Counted from the first letter of the stretch, positions 1-8,435 are shown. The stretch: DNA of 38,370 bases from Candidatus Moranbacteria bacterium CG06_land_8_20_14_3_00_40_12 (GCA_002780175.1 PEVT01000018.1:1-38370); one strand, 5' to 3'. Notes: generated from the letters alone by a model not told the origin. A program made the numbers and translations.

Positions 1-88
1 CCGCCAACTGATTTTTTCGCCCAAAATCCCTTACAATTTGGTCGCCGAGCGAAGCGAGGCGAACCCAAATCGCTTGCAAATTCCTTAC

Positions 89-165
89 TGGTGCGCCCAC
101 TAGGATTCGAACCTAGGACCCTCTGCTTAAAAGGCAGGTGCTCTACCAGGCTGAGCTATAGGCGC
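89..165 (-). tRNA. tRNA-Lys (anticodon UUU), CCA encoded
   Basis: The reverse complement reads GCGCCTATAGCTCAGCCTGGTAGAGCACCTGCCTTTTAAGCAGAGGGTCCTAGGTTCGAATCCTAGTGGGCGCACCA. It has a 7-bp acceptor stem (one G-U), a D-arm AGCTCAGCCTGGTAGAGC, an anticodon loop CTTTTAA, a T-arm GGTTCGAATCC and a 3' CCA. Confidence 0.9.
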
Positions 166-237
166 TTCTGGTATAATTTCTAAAAATAAAAACGACTTTG
201 CCCATTATATCACTTCTCTTTTGGGCGTCAATGATTT

Positions 238-732
238 CTAGTTGTAGCGCCGGCGGCCGAAGAAAAACATAAAAATAAGCGGCGCGATCATCCAGAATAT
301 CTGCGACCAGCCTGAAACCAAACAGCTGTAAGCCGTGGCGGAAACATAATTAAGCGCCTCTTCAGTTGGCAAAAAAGAAAGCCCGATGCTTAAGATTAAG
401 ACGATTTCCAAAAAACTGATGAAATAAACTTTTCCCAGAAAACTGGAACCGGGAAAATAAACATCCAGAAATCTTTTATTGGCTAAAGTCAAAACAGCCG
501 CGATTCCCAAAAAAGCAAAAAATTGATAGCTGTAGCCAAGCCAGAAAGTTCCCGGAACAGCGCTGATTAAGGCAAAAGAAACATAGGTGCTGATGAGCGC
601 CGCCATTATCCGATGCCGTCCGATGAGCATGCCAAATAGAAAGCTCGCCAAGAAAATGATGATTATCAGCGAGACATCTTGAGTCAACTGCTGGGAAATT
701 CCTATTTTTGAAAGTAGCGCGCTAAGGTTCAT
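238..732 (-). CDS. Hypothetical multi-pass membrane protein (164 aa)
   Basis: ATG-initiated ORF with several long hydrophobic segments (IIIIFLASFLFGMLI, ISAVPGTFWLGY, FAFLGIAAVLTL, FISFLEIVLILSIGL, IFWMIAPLIFMFFF). I recognise no family. Confidence 0.55.
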   Translation of the reverse strand: MNLSALLSKIGISQQLTQDVSLIIIIFLASFLFGMLIGRHRIMAALISTYVSFALISAVPGTFWLGYSYQFFAFLGIAAVLTLANKRFLDVYFPGSSFLGKVYFISFLEIVLILSIGLSFLPTEEALNYVSATAYSCLVSGWSQIFWMIAPLIFMFFFGRRRYN

Positions 733-790
733 TTTGTTTTTTATTTTCTTATAAACTTATTGTAATACAAATCGCTTCAAAAATAAACTG

Positions 791-1930
791 CTACAATCCC
801 TCCTCTTCCAATTCGCGCAGTAGTTCTTCCTGCCGGCGGCTGACTCGTTTGGGAATTTCCACGATAATTTTAATCAACTGATTTCCCCGGACGCGTTTTG
901 AGGAAGAATAAATGCCGGAATTTTTAAGACGAAAAACTTCTCCCGACTGGGTTCCGGACGGAATTTTTAAAATTAATTTTTCCGCGAGCGTTTCTACTTC
1001 GACTTTCCCTCCCAGAGTTGCTATGGAAAAAGGAATTTTTTCCGAACTTAAAATATCCTGACCCTGGCGGGAAAACTTTTTGTCCTTTTCCACGCGCACT
1101 ATAATGTATAAATCTCCGGCAGCCGCGCCCTTTTCTCCGGCTTCCCCCTGGCCTTCCAGCACCAATGTTTGCCCGTCTTCAATGCCGGCGGGAACAGGAA
1201 TTCTGATTCGGCTTTCTTCCTTTATTCGTCCGTCCCCTCCGCATTGAGAGCATTTTTTCTTAAAAATCCGTCCAAATCCTTCGCATCGCGGACATTCGCT
1301 CACTTGGGAAAAAACGCCAAAAAAACTGCGGGTGGTTTTTTTCACTTGTCCGGTTCCCCGGCATTGGGAACAAGTTTCCTGGCCGAATCTCGGATCGCCT
1401 CCCGATCCTCCGCAGCGCCGGCACGCGACTCCTTTATACAATTTAATTTCTTTTTCCACTCCCGCCACCATTTCCCTGAAACTTATTTCCAGATCCACCT
1501 GAATATTCTGGCTTTGATTCCGCCTTCGGCGGCCGCTCTGACTAGAACCGGCGCCAAAAATATCGGAAAAAATATCTTCGAATCCGCTACTCTGATTAGA
1601 AAAACCGGAACGGGAAAAAATATCGTTAAAATCCCAGCCCGAGGCTGGTCCGCCTTGGGCGGAAAAATCACCAAAACCGGAAAATCCGGCGCCGCCGGCC
1701 TGGCCTCCATTTCGCGCTTGCTCGAAAGTCTGGCCAAATTGGTCGTATTGGCTTCTTTTGCTTTTGTCCGAAAGCACCTGATAAGCTTCGTTGATTTCCT
1801 TGAACTTCGCCTCATTGCCGCCGGACTTGTCCGGATGATACTGGTGCGCCAATTTGCGGTAAGCCTTTTTGATCTCATCGTCGCTCGCGCCCTTATTCAC
1901 ACCTAAGATATCGTAATAATTCTTTGCCAT
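791..1930 (-). CDS. dnaJ: Molecular chaperone DnaJ
   Basis: J domain ([11 protein letters not shown]...HPD), a G/F-rich linker, four CxxCxGxG zinc-finger repeats ([32 protein letters not shown]) and a C-terminal substrate-binding domain. Confidence 0.96.
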   Translation of the reverse strand: MAKNYYDILGVNKGASDDEIKKAYRKLAHQYHPDKSGGNEAKFKEINEAYQVLSDKSKRSQYDQFGQTFEQARNGGQAGGAGFSGFGDFSAQGGPASGWDFNDIFSRSGFSNQSSGFEDIFSDIFGAGSSQSGRRRRNQSQNIQVDLEISFREMVAGVEKEIKLYKGVACRRCGGSGGDPRFGQETCSQCRGTGQVKKTTRSFFGVFSQVSECPRCEGFGRIFKKKCSQCGGDGRIKEESRIRIPVPAGIEDGQTLVLEGQGEAGEKGAAAGDLYIIVRVEKDKKFSRQGQDILSSEKIPFSIATLGGKVEVETLAEKLILKIPSGTQSGEVFRLKNSGIYSSSKRVRGNQLIKIIVEIPKRVSRRQEELLRELEEEGL

Positions 1931-2004
1931 ATTTTTTAATATATTCGTATATTCGTAAACAATTCGTAATTCGTAAAAGAAATAATTCTACAATTATGAT
2001 TTTA

Positions 2005-2033
2005 ACTATAGCACCATTAACAAAAATTAGCAA
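2005..2033 (-). promoter_or_regulatory. Putative sigma-70-type promoter of dnaJ (-35 TTGCTA, 17-nt spacer, -10 TATAGT)
   Basis: The minus strand reads GATTGCTAATTTTTGTTAATGGTGCTATAGT. The -35 hexamer lies inside the right arm of the CIRCE element. This was found by reading only and has not been scored. Confidence 0.45.
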
Positions 2034-2053
2034 TCTCGTGCTTCGAGTGCTAA
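2027..2053 (-). promoter_or_regulatory. CIRCE operator (HrcA binding site) upstream of dnaJ
   Basis: TTAGCAATC-N9-GAGTGCTAA matches the CIRCE consensus TTAGCACTC-N9-GAGTGCTAA with 1 mismatch. It lies 97 nt upstream of the dnaJ ATG. Confidence 0.85.
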
Positions 2054-2059
2054 AAAGAT

Positions 2060-2992
2060 TCAGTCCAATATCTCCCGTTCGAAAGCCATGTAAGACAGCC
2101 GGATCAAGCCGATTCTAAGCAAAGAATAAAAAATAATATAAGCTAGGGCGATCCAGACATACAGCAAAACCGAACCCAGCGCCACTAAGGAAAAAAACAA
2201 CCCCGCGGCAACCGCTAAAAAAATAGGCGAAAAATTGCCTTGATTATTTTCCAAAGTGGGAAGAATGGCGACGATTTTTTGATTGATAATTTGAGAAATG
2301 ACGTCCATTATCTTTTCTTCTCCGCTCAAATAAATTCCGGCGATTTCCGACAGTTTTTTCCGGCTTTCATCCATGATCAGCGCCTGTTTCATTTCTTCCA
2401 GCGGCTCCGGCGCTTTGATGGCCGACGGATATTGATTTTCCGCGATAAACTGATCGACGGTTAAATTTTCTTCCTTGATTTTTTGAAAAGAAGGATTAAC
2501 CCTGGAAAGAACATTGAAAGTTATCGACTCGGCCATCCCTTCCAGTTTGAATTTTAAAATCGGATTGGCCATTTCATTTTTCTGCGAAACCAGATAATAA
2601 TGGCTGGCCACGGCAAAAGACCAGGCCAGAATAAACATTAAAGCTCCCGAGCGGATGATGCGGCGCAAATTTATTTTGCTGCCGTAAGCGATTTCCCCTC
2701 TTACCCGCCAAATTACCAGAAACTCTATAAGAAAACTGATGATATTGAAAATGGGGAAAAAGAAGAGCTCTCCCAAAAAAGAGCCCAGCGCCGTAAAAAA
2801 AATCAGATACTTGACTTTGATGACGGTTAAGTCCAAAAAAAATAAAGTCGCAAAAAGCGAAAACCAGATAATCGGCATGAGCCAGACGCTGGCCGCGGGA
2901 TTAATCATGGCCTGATCGACCGCCCGCCAAAACAACACGGAAAAAAGCAGCGTCAGGAAAGCCAGAGAATAATCTAAAATTTTTCTTTTCAT
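2060..2992 (-). CDS. Hypothetical integral membrane protein (310 aa)
   Basis: ATG ORF with about 6 hydrophobic helices at the N and C termini, flanking a soluble middle segment. I recognise no family. Confidence 0.55.
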   Translation of the reverse strand: MKRKILDYSLAFLTLLFSVLFWRAVDQAMINPAASVWLMPIIWFSLFATLFFLDLTVIKVKYLIFFTALGSFLGELFFFPIFNIISFLIEFLVIWRVRGEIAYGSKINLRRIIRSGALMFILAWSFAVASHYYLVSQKNEMANPILKFKLEGMAESITFNVLSRVNPSFQKIKEENLTVDQFIAENQYPSAIKAPEPLEEMKQALIMDESRKKLSEIAGIYLSGEEKIMDVISQIINQKIVAILPTLENNQGNFSPIFLAVAAGLFFSLVALGSVLLYVWIALAYIIFYSLLRIGLIRLSYMAFEREILD

Positions 2993-3052
2993 AATTTGAA
3001 TTTTACCACATTTCCCGTGCCGCGGTCGAGAGCGGTTGGTAATTTGAGCCGG

Positions 3053-3340
3053 TCAGACCTGAAAGCCGATGTTGTTTTTGGGAGCTTCCGATTCGGAAAT
3101 TTTGCCAAACTGCGTTTCGTATTTTTTTAAGTTTTCTTCCATCGCTTTCATCATTCTTTTAAAATGTCCAGGAGAGAGAATTACTCTAGAATTTAAGGTT
3201 CCAGTTGGAGGAAAAATATTGAGGAAATCCAGCACGAATTCTTCCTTAGTGTGCATAATTTGCATCATATTGGAATATTCCCCTCTTAATTTTTCATCGG
3301 TGGCTTTGATTTGAATTTGGCTTTGGTTTGGTTGGTTCAT
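3053..3340 (-). CDS. DUF3467-family small protein (95 aa)
   Basis: The motif series GEYSNMMQIMHTKEEFVLDF...SRVILSPGHFKRMMKAMEENLKKYETQFGKI matches my memory of DUF3467. Confidence 0.65.
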   Translation of the reverse strand: MNQPNQSQIQIKATDEKLRGEYSNMMQIMHTKEEFVLDFLNIFPPTGTLNSRVILSPGHFKRMMKAMEENLKKYETQFGKISESEAPKNNIGFQV

Positions 3341-3386
3341 AAAATTTATAGTTTATTGATTACAGGTTAATTATACACTAATTTTA

Positions 3387-3425
3387 AAAGGGTATCATTG
3401 GAAATTGAAATGATACCCTTTTTAT
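3387..3425. terminator. Bidirectional rho-independent terminator-like hairpin
   Basis: AAAAGGGTATCA-loop-TGATACCCTTTTT, with an A-run and a T-run on either side. It lies just downstream of the 73-aa gene. Confidence 0.55.
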
Positions 3426-3447
3426 TCGGCTTTTTACGGCATTGGGA

Positions 3448-3669
3448 TTAATCTCCCGCATTGCGGGATTTCCACGCGATCAACCCCCCGCTCTTTTTCC
3501 AGCTTTTATACATTATCGCGAACAAAAAGAATAAAACAACACTGGAAAATATGGCAACATTGATCGGAAGACTTTTCCAAAAGAAGTAAAAAATAAACGC
3601 TGCCGCGACGACTAGAGCAATATCTGTCGCCATAATGAAAACTCGCGCAAAACCCATAAAATATTTCAT
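3448..3669 (-). CDS. Small two-helix membrane protein (73 aa)
   Basis: ATG preceded by AGGAGGATAAGAAG, the strongest Shine-Dalgarno site in this area. It has two hydrophobic helices. Confidence 0.55.
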   Translation of the reverse strand: MKYFMGFARVFIMATDIALVVAAAFIFYFFWKSLPINVAIFSSVVLFFLFAIMYKSWKKSGGLIAWKSRNAGD

Positions 3670-3802
3670 CTTCTTATCCTCCTTTCAGCGGATGTTATGT
3701 TAAACAACTTCCCTTGTTTATTTTAATACTTACTCAAGTATATACTTAAGTACTTACTTTTTTCAAATTAATCTGCGTGTGTCTCAATTTCATAATTAGT
3801 GA

Positions 3803-4363
3803 TTAAAACTTTGTTCCCCTAAATTGGCTTCTTTGCTGATAAAGTCTTTCCGTAAAGCCGCCTTGATTCAGAAAATCTTCCGAGAGTTTTTGGATTTGGC
3901 GGTCGAGGAGATAATTGGTCTGATGGATGAGACAGATGAGCAGGTTGGCGAAACTTTCTTGATTGGACGCATACGACATATAGGTCGAATTTGACTTATT
4001 TTTCACATAGGCGAGCTTGCGAATCTCTTTCACTTCGACCGAATTTTTGTCCCAAAGTTTCAATTTATTCTGCCGTAAAAAATCTTCGTAATCCAAAAGC
4101 AATTCTTCCAAACTCGCCCGCGCCACATTGGTCAATTTAATTTCCGTTTTTTTGGAAGTGGCCGCGGCCTTGCTGCCTTCGGCGATGTTCTGTCGGCCGG
4201 AACGCGCCGCCTGTTCCATTTGATCCTTGGTGCGACTTTTGAAATCAATATGTTTCTGGCAAAACTCGATGGTAAAATCATAAACCAGAGTCGCCATTTT
4301 GAAAGATTCCAACTGGCGGTAACCGCCGTGAGTGAAGGTGAGATTTTGGTTTTGGTTTTCCAT
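3803..4363 (-). CDS. Four-helix-bundle protein (23S rRNA intervening-sequence protein family) with a suffix domain
   Basis: Diagnostic segments are YRQLESFKMATLVYDFTIEF...QMEQAARSGRQNIAEGS...LTNVARASLEELLLDYEDFL. I prefer the ATG at 4363. The ORF-track start at 4402 is a TTG inside a 9-bp repeat tract. Confidence 0.7.
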   Translation of the reverse strand: MENQNQNLTFTHGGYRQLESFKMATLVYDFTIEFCQKHIDFKSRTKDQMEQAARSGRQNIAEGSKAAATSKKTEIKLTNVARASLEELLLDYEDFLRQNKLKLWDKNSVEVKEIRKLAYVKNKSNSTYMSYASNQESFANLLICLIHQTNYLLDRQIQKLSEDFLNQGGFTERLYQQRSQFRGTKF

Positions 4364-4370
4364 TTTTTTG

Positions 4371-4448
4371 ATTGGACAAATCAGATTGGACGAATCCGAC
4401 AAGTTGGACTAATTGGACATATTTGTCCTATTGGTCAAATCCGTCCTA
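4371..4448. repeat. Tract of about 8 degenerate 9-bp-periodic TTGGAC/GTCC units
   Basis: attggacaa..attggacgaa tccgacaag ttggactaa ttggacata tttgtccta ttggtcaaa tccgtccta, read directly from the sequence. Confidence 0.6.
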
Positions 4449-4463
4449 TTTTAATCTTACCAC

Positions 4464-4494
4464 AAAAAAGCTCCGACTAAATCGGAGCTTTTTT
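4464..4494 (-). terminator. Rho-independent terminator of dnaK (bidirectional shape)
   Basis: AAAAAAGCTCCGA-ctaaa-TCGGAGCTTTTTT, immediately after the dnaK stop codon. Confidence 0.75.
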
Positions 4495-4498
4495 AAAG

Positions 4499-6442
4499 TT
4501 ACTTCTTTTCCTCTTTCTTTTCCGTCTCCGCTTCTTTCGGAGCCTCTTTTTTATCTGCTTCGCCCGACGAAGCCTTGGCGGAGTCGGGGCCTGCCTGACT
4601 TTCCGCTGCTTTAGCGGAGGCGGCAGCTTTTTCGGCTTCTTGCGCCGCTTGGTAGAGCTTTTGGCCGATTTTTTGGGCTTCCTGTGAGAGCTCTTCGGTG
4701 GCTTTTTTGATGGCTTCAACGTCGGTGCCGTCCTTGACCTTCTTTAAGGCCTCTATTTTCTCTTCCACGGGCTTTTTCTCGTCCGGAGTAATCTTATCCC
4801 CAGCCTCTTTCAAAGCTTTCTCTGTGGTGAAAATGAGGGTATCAGCCATATTTTTGGTTTCCACCGCTTCCTTCTTTTTCTTATCTTCTTCGGCGTGCAA
4901 TTCCGCGTCTTTCTTCATTTTCTCAATTTCGTCTTTGGAAAGTCCGGTTGAAGCTTCAATCCTGATTGACTGCTCCTTGTTAGTCGCCCTATCTTTGGCT
5001 TTGACATTTAAAATGCCATTAGCATCGATATCGAAAGTCACTTCAATCTGTGGAATGCCGCGCGGCGCGGGCGGAATGCCGTCCAGAATAAATCTCCCGA
5101 GAGTTTTATTATCGGCGGCCATTTCCCGTTCGCCCTGCAAAACATTGATTTCGACCGAAGGCTGGCTGTCAGCCGCGGTGGAAAATATTTGTGATTTGGA
5201 AGTCGGCACCGTGGTATTGCGATTAATAAGCGGAGTGCGGACGCCGCCCAAAGTTTCAATGCCCAGTGTCAAAGGCGTAACATCCAAAAGCAAGATGTCT
5301 TTGACATTCCCCTGCAAAACGCCTCCCTGAATCGCCGCGCCGAGAGCCACCACTTCATCCGGATTAACGGTAATGTTGGCTTTTTGGCCGAAGAATTTTT
5401 CAACAGTCCGGATGACTAAAGGCATTCTGGTCATCCCGCCCACTAATACTATTTCATTAATATTGCTCACCGTCAGTTTGGCGTCTTCCAGCGCTTTTTT
5501 GGTCGGACCCAGTGTTTTTTCCACCAGATCGCCCACTAATTCTTCCAATTTGGCGCGCGTGATTTTCATCACCAAATGTTTCGGCCCATTAGCATCGGTC
5601 GTAATAAACGGCTGGTTGATTTCCGTTTCCTGGGCTGTCGAAAGTTCGATTTTGGCTTTTTCCGCCGCTTCCTTGACTCTTTGGAGCGCCATCGGATCTT
5701 TGCTCAAATCGATGCCTTCCTGTTTTTTAAATTCCGCGATAATCCAATTAATAAGAATCTGATCGAAGTCATCGCCACCCAAATGCGTGTCGCCGTTGGT
5801 GGATTTCACTTCCACTGTGTCGGCGGAAACTTCCAGAATGGAAATATCAAAAGTGCCGCCGCCTAAATCGTAAACCGCGATTTTTTCATCTTTCTTTTTA
5901 TTGAAGCCGTAAGCCAGAGCTGCGGCGGTCGGTTCGTTGATAATCCTTCGGACTTTCAGTCCCGCGATTTCACCCGCTTCTTTAGTGGCTTTCCTTTGCG
6001 AGTCGTCGAAATAAGCCGGCACGGTAATCACCGCTTCTTCGATTTTTTCGCCGAGCTTTTCTTCCGCGTCCGTTTTGAGCTTGGCCAAAATCATCGCTGA
6101 AATTTCTTGCGGCGAATATTCTTTGCCGCTCATCACGACTTTTACTCCGCCATTAGATTTGACGATTTTATACGGCATTAATTTTAAGTCTCTTTGCACT
6201 TCGGAATCGGTAAAAGCGCGTCCAATCAGGCGCTTGATGGAAAACAAGGTGTTTTCCGGATTGGTGACCGCCTGGCGCTTGGCCAAAAGCCCTACTAATC
6301 TTTCGCCATTTTTGGAAATGGCTACCATCGAAGGAGTGGTTCTGGCTCCTTCCTTGTTCTCGATAATTCCGGGCGAACCGCCTTCCACGATCGCCATCGC
6401 GGAATTGGTCGTCCCCAAATCGATACCTAGTATTTTGGACAT
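4499..6442 (-). CDS. dnaK: Molecular chaperone DnaK (Hsp70)
   Basis: Full-length Hsp70: [27 protein letters not shown], the substrate-binding domain, and an acidic/lysine-rich tail. Confidence 0.98.
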   Translation of the reverse strand: MSKILGIDLGTTNSAMAIVEGGSPGIIENKEGARTTPSMVAISKNGERLVGLLAKRQAVTNPENTLFSIKRLIGRAFTDSEVQRDLKLMPYKIVKSNGGVKVVMSGKEYSPQEISAMILAKLKTDAEEKLGEKIEEAVITVPAYFDDSQRKATKEAGEIAGLKVRRIINEPTAAALAYGFNKKKDEKIAVYDLGGGTFDISILEVSADTVEVKSTNGDTHLGGDDFDQILINWIIAEFKKQEGIDLSKDPMALQRVKEAAEKAKIELSTAQETEINQPFITTDANGPKHLVMKITRAKLEELVGDLVEKTLGPTKKALEDAKLTVSNINEIVLVGGMTRMPLVIRTVEKFFGQKANITVNPDEVVALGAAIQGGVLQGNVKDILLLDVTPLTLGIETLGGVRTPLINRNTTVPTSKSQIFSTAADSQPSVEINVLQGEREMAADNKTLGRFILDGIPPAPRGIPQIEVTFDIDANGILNVKAKDRATNKEQSIRIEASTGLSKDEIEKMKKDAELHAEEDKKKKEAVETKNMADTLIFTTEKALKEAGDKITPDEKKPVEEKIEALKKVKDGTDVEAIKKATEELSQEAQKIGQKLYQAAQEAEKAAASAKAAESQAGPDSAKASSGEADKKEAPKEAETEKKEEKK

Positions 6443-6574
6443 ATATTTATTTTAGCAATAATCCAGTAAATAATTTGCTGAATCACGCTTTAAAATTATT
6501 GATTACTTAATTAATTTCTAATTTTTAATTTTGTAACCTCGCCTAACGGCAGGCAGGTTTTAAAATAATTTTTT

Positions 6575-6695
6575 CCCCCTTTGTAAAAGGGGGCTGGGGG
6601 GATTTTTATTCCATTGTTTTTACAAATCCCTCCCCGCTTCGCTCGCCTCGCTAAAGCTTTGGCGGAGCGGGCGGGACTCCCTTTTCTAAAGGGAG
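6575..6695. repeat. Short (non-coding) copy of the KGG-hairpin element family
   Basis: CCCCCTTTgtAAAAGGGGG (6575-6593), GGGGGATTTTT, an AT filler, AAATCCCTCC, a GC-rich middle hairpin, and CTCCCTTTtctAAAGGGAG (6677-6695). In reverse orientation it aligns with the dus insert at 13147-13236. Confidence 0.7.
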
Positions 6696-6720
6696 AATTT
6701 TTTTAATTTAATTTAAAATT

Positions 6721-7650
6721 CTACTCCACTATAACTCTAGCCGCCCGGATGATTCTTTCTTCCATCCAGTATCCTTTGAGCGTTACTTTGGCTATTTTGT
6801 GCCGGCCTTCCTTCTCTTTTTCCTGCTGGCTGTTATGCACCGCTTCATGGATCCGCGGATCAAAATCATCGCCCGTTTTCGCTTCTATTTCCTTGACTCC
6901 GTTGTCTTCCAGAATTTTTTCCAATTGCTTTTGAATATACATAATGCCAATCACCCAGGGATTTTCCTTTTGGTCGGCCGGAATATGGTCGGTGGAAGCG
7001 TAAAAATTATCCAGGACCGGCAAAATTTGCATAATCAGGTTGAGCCCTGAATATTTGGCCAACTCCCATTGCAATGTTTCCTGCCTTTTTTTATAATTTT
7101 CAAAATCCGCCTGACAGCGCTTCCAACCTTCCAGATATTCCTCTTCTTTGGTTCTCTTTAGCTGGTTTTTTTCTAAATACTTTTTTATTAAATCAATCTT
7201 GCCCTTATCATCTTTCATAAGTTTTTCTTGCCGATAGTTATCTCTTAACATAAACTCATAAACTTTTAAGTATTGCTCGGGAGAAAGTTCTTTGAATTTT
7301 ATTCCTGTTAATTCAGATATTTCCAGTTCTTCAATTGAAATATCTGTCATTTCTTTCAATTCTTCTTCTTTTCCAAAGGCAATTCTTTCTTCTTCTCTTA
7401 TAAATTCATGCTCTTTTTCGTTTTCTAATTTAAAATTAATTTTCCCCATTAAAGCAATCAGCTTCTTCCATTTTTTATCCAGCCATTCTGCCGGAACAAG
7501 AAAATCTACATCTTGCGCTTGTTTAAATTCTCCGATTTTACGAAAGAGACCCACTGATCCAAAAAGAATTGGAATAATATCTAATTTATTTAATTCTTTC
7601 GTAACTTCCAAAAAAATTTCGAATTTCTTTTTATTTGCTTTTAATTCCAT
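6721..7650 (-). CDS. grpE: GrpE nucleotide-exchange factor with an about 165-aa N-terminal nucleotidyltransferase-like domain
   Basis: The C-terminal half is canonical GrpE (ADFENYKKR...LPVLDNF...FDPRIHEAV...KGYWMEERIIRAARVIV). The N-terminal half has a Pol-beta-type G-S-x-G ... D-V-D signature (LFGSVGLFRKIG...DVDFLV). It is one uninterrupted frame. Confidence 0.85.
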   Translation of the reverse strand: MELKANKKKFEIFLEVTKELNKLDIIPILFGSVGLFRKIGEFKQAQDVDFLVPAEWLDKKWKKLIALMGKINFKLENEKEHEFIREEERIAFGKEEELKEMTDISIEELEISELTGIKFKELSPEQYLKVYEFMLRDNYRQEKLMKDDKGKIDLIKKYLEKNQLKRTKEEEYLEGWKRCQADFENYKKRQETLQWELAKYSGLNLIMQILPVLDNFYASTDHIPADQKENPWVIGIMYIQKQLEKILEDNGVKEIEAKTGDDFDPRIHEAVHNSQQEKEKEGRHKIAKVTLKGYWMEERIIRAARVIVE

Positions 7651-7676
7651 TTTATTTTTTCTTTTTCATATTTTAT

Positions 7677-8426
7677 TTAAAACACCGCCTGCATTCCTCC
7701 TGCCACAATTACTATCACAGACGAACCGCTCAAAAGTTTCTTCATATAATCAATCAGTGATTTGTTCTTGGCGTATTTCATCCGCTTGGGACCGATAAGC
7801 GCCAATACCGCTTTTTCTCCGGATTTGGTTTTATAAGGAGAAACCAGCATGGAACAATTGGGCAGTTGCTTTAGCGGATTTTCCTTCCCGATAAAAATCC
7901 GGGTTTCGCCTTCTTTGACGCTTTTAAGTAAGACATCAATATTTTCATCGATATAATCCATAACATCCGCGATTTTGCAAAATTCATCCGAGTTTTTAAA
8001 TTCCGGATTTTCCAAAAGCTCGTGCATTCCGAAATCCGACAGGTCTTCTTTGCCGCCGCTGATGGCCAGACTGCCGGAAAGCGAAGACAGGAGTTTCGCC
8101 GTGGTGCGGGAAAGCCTGGTTTTTTGGGCGCGTAATTTTAAAATTTCCACCTGCAGTTTTTTCTGCTGGGCGAGCGTGAGTTTCTGCTCCGGCATGATTT
8201 TCTCCACAAAATAGCGGTAGCCTTTGTCCGTCGGAATGCGGCCGGAACTGATGTGCGGCTGGTATAAAAGACCCGCTTTTTCCAAATCGTTCATATCGTT
8301 GCGGATCGTGGCCGGGCTGATGCGCAGGCCGTATTTTTCACCCAGGATTTTCGAGCCGACCGGAATAGCCGTGTTGGTATATTCATTCACCACCGCCGCC
8401 AAAATTTTTTGCTGTCTTTGATTCAT
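7677..8426 (-). CDS. hrcA: Heat-inducible transcription repressor HrcA (short, 249 aa)
   Basis: N-terminal wHTH (RQQKILAAVVNEYTNTAIPVGSKIL...SPATIRNDMNDLEKAGLL.QPH.SSGRIPTDKGYRYFV). It sits in the hrcA-grpE-dnaK context with CIRCE upstream. Confidence 0.9.
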   Translation of the reverse strand: MNQRQQKILAAVVNEYTNTAIPVGSKILGEKYGLRISPATIRNDMNDLEKAGLLYQPHISSGRIPTDKGYRYFVEKIMPEQKLTLAQQKKLQVEILKLRAQKTRLSRTTAKLLSSLSGSLAISGGKEDLSDFGMHELLENPEFKNSDEFCKIADVMDYIDENIDVLLKSVKEGETRIFIGKENPLKQLPNCSMLVSPYKTKSGEKAVLALIGPKRMKYAKNKSLIDYMKKLLSGSSVIVIVAGGMQAVF

Positions 8427-8435
8427 AAAATTTTT

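Noticed and set aside
1169-1906. A long plus-strand ORF (245 aa) and other antisense ORFs inside dnaJ. The same kind of shadow ORFs occur inside dnaK (4698-5330, 5373-5762, 6075-6455), the ftsA-like gene (28967-29581, 29548-30054), the ATPase (33949-34752, 34130-34567), alaS, grpE and others.
   Set aside because: They lie entirely within, and antisense or out of frame to, genes with unambiguous conserved products. Their translations are low-complexity with no motifs. They are typical shadow ORFs.
3731-3765. A near-palindrome CTCAAGTATATACTTAAG with flanking TACTTAC direct repeats upstream of the 73-aa membrane protein gene, considered as a possible operator.
   Set aside because: It is a single AT-rich occurrence that could arise by chance in this composition. 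No cognate regulator or second copy was seen, so it is too weak to report as a finding.
3803-4402. The four-helix-bundle protein as an Avd-like component of a diversity-generating retroelement.
   Set aside because: No reverse transcriptase gene and no template/variable repeat pair are visible anywhere in the window. The protein has the longer IVS-protein-plus-suffix-domain form rather than a short Avd.
4477-4719. An 80-aa extremely K/R-rich ORF overlapping the 3' end of dnaK.
   Set aside because: It is an alternative-frame reading of the GAA/AAG-rich DNA that encodes the K/E-rich DnaK tail, and it runs across the dnaK terminator. There is no independent support for it.
6452-6482. A possible third CIRCE in the dnaK leader (TTAGCAATAATCCAGTAAATAATTTGCTGAA).
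   Set aside because: The arms do not match TTAGCACTC/GAGTGCTAA and the spacing is wrong. The segment is better explained as a copy of the ATCCAGTAAATAA repeat core seen at 8459 and 9940.
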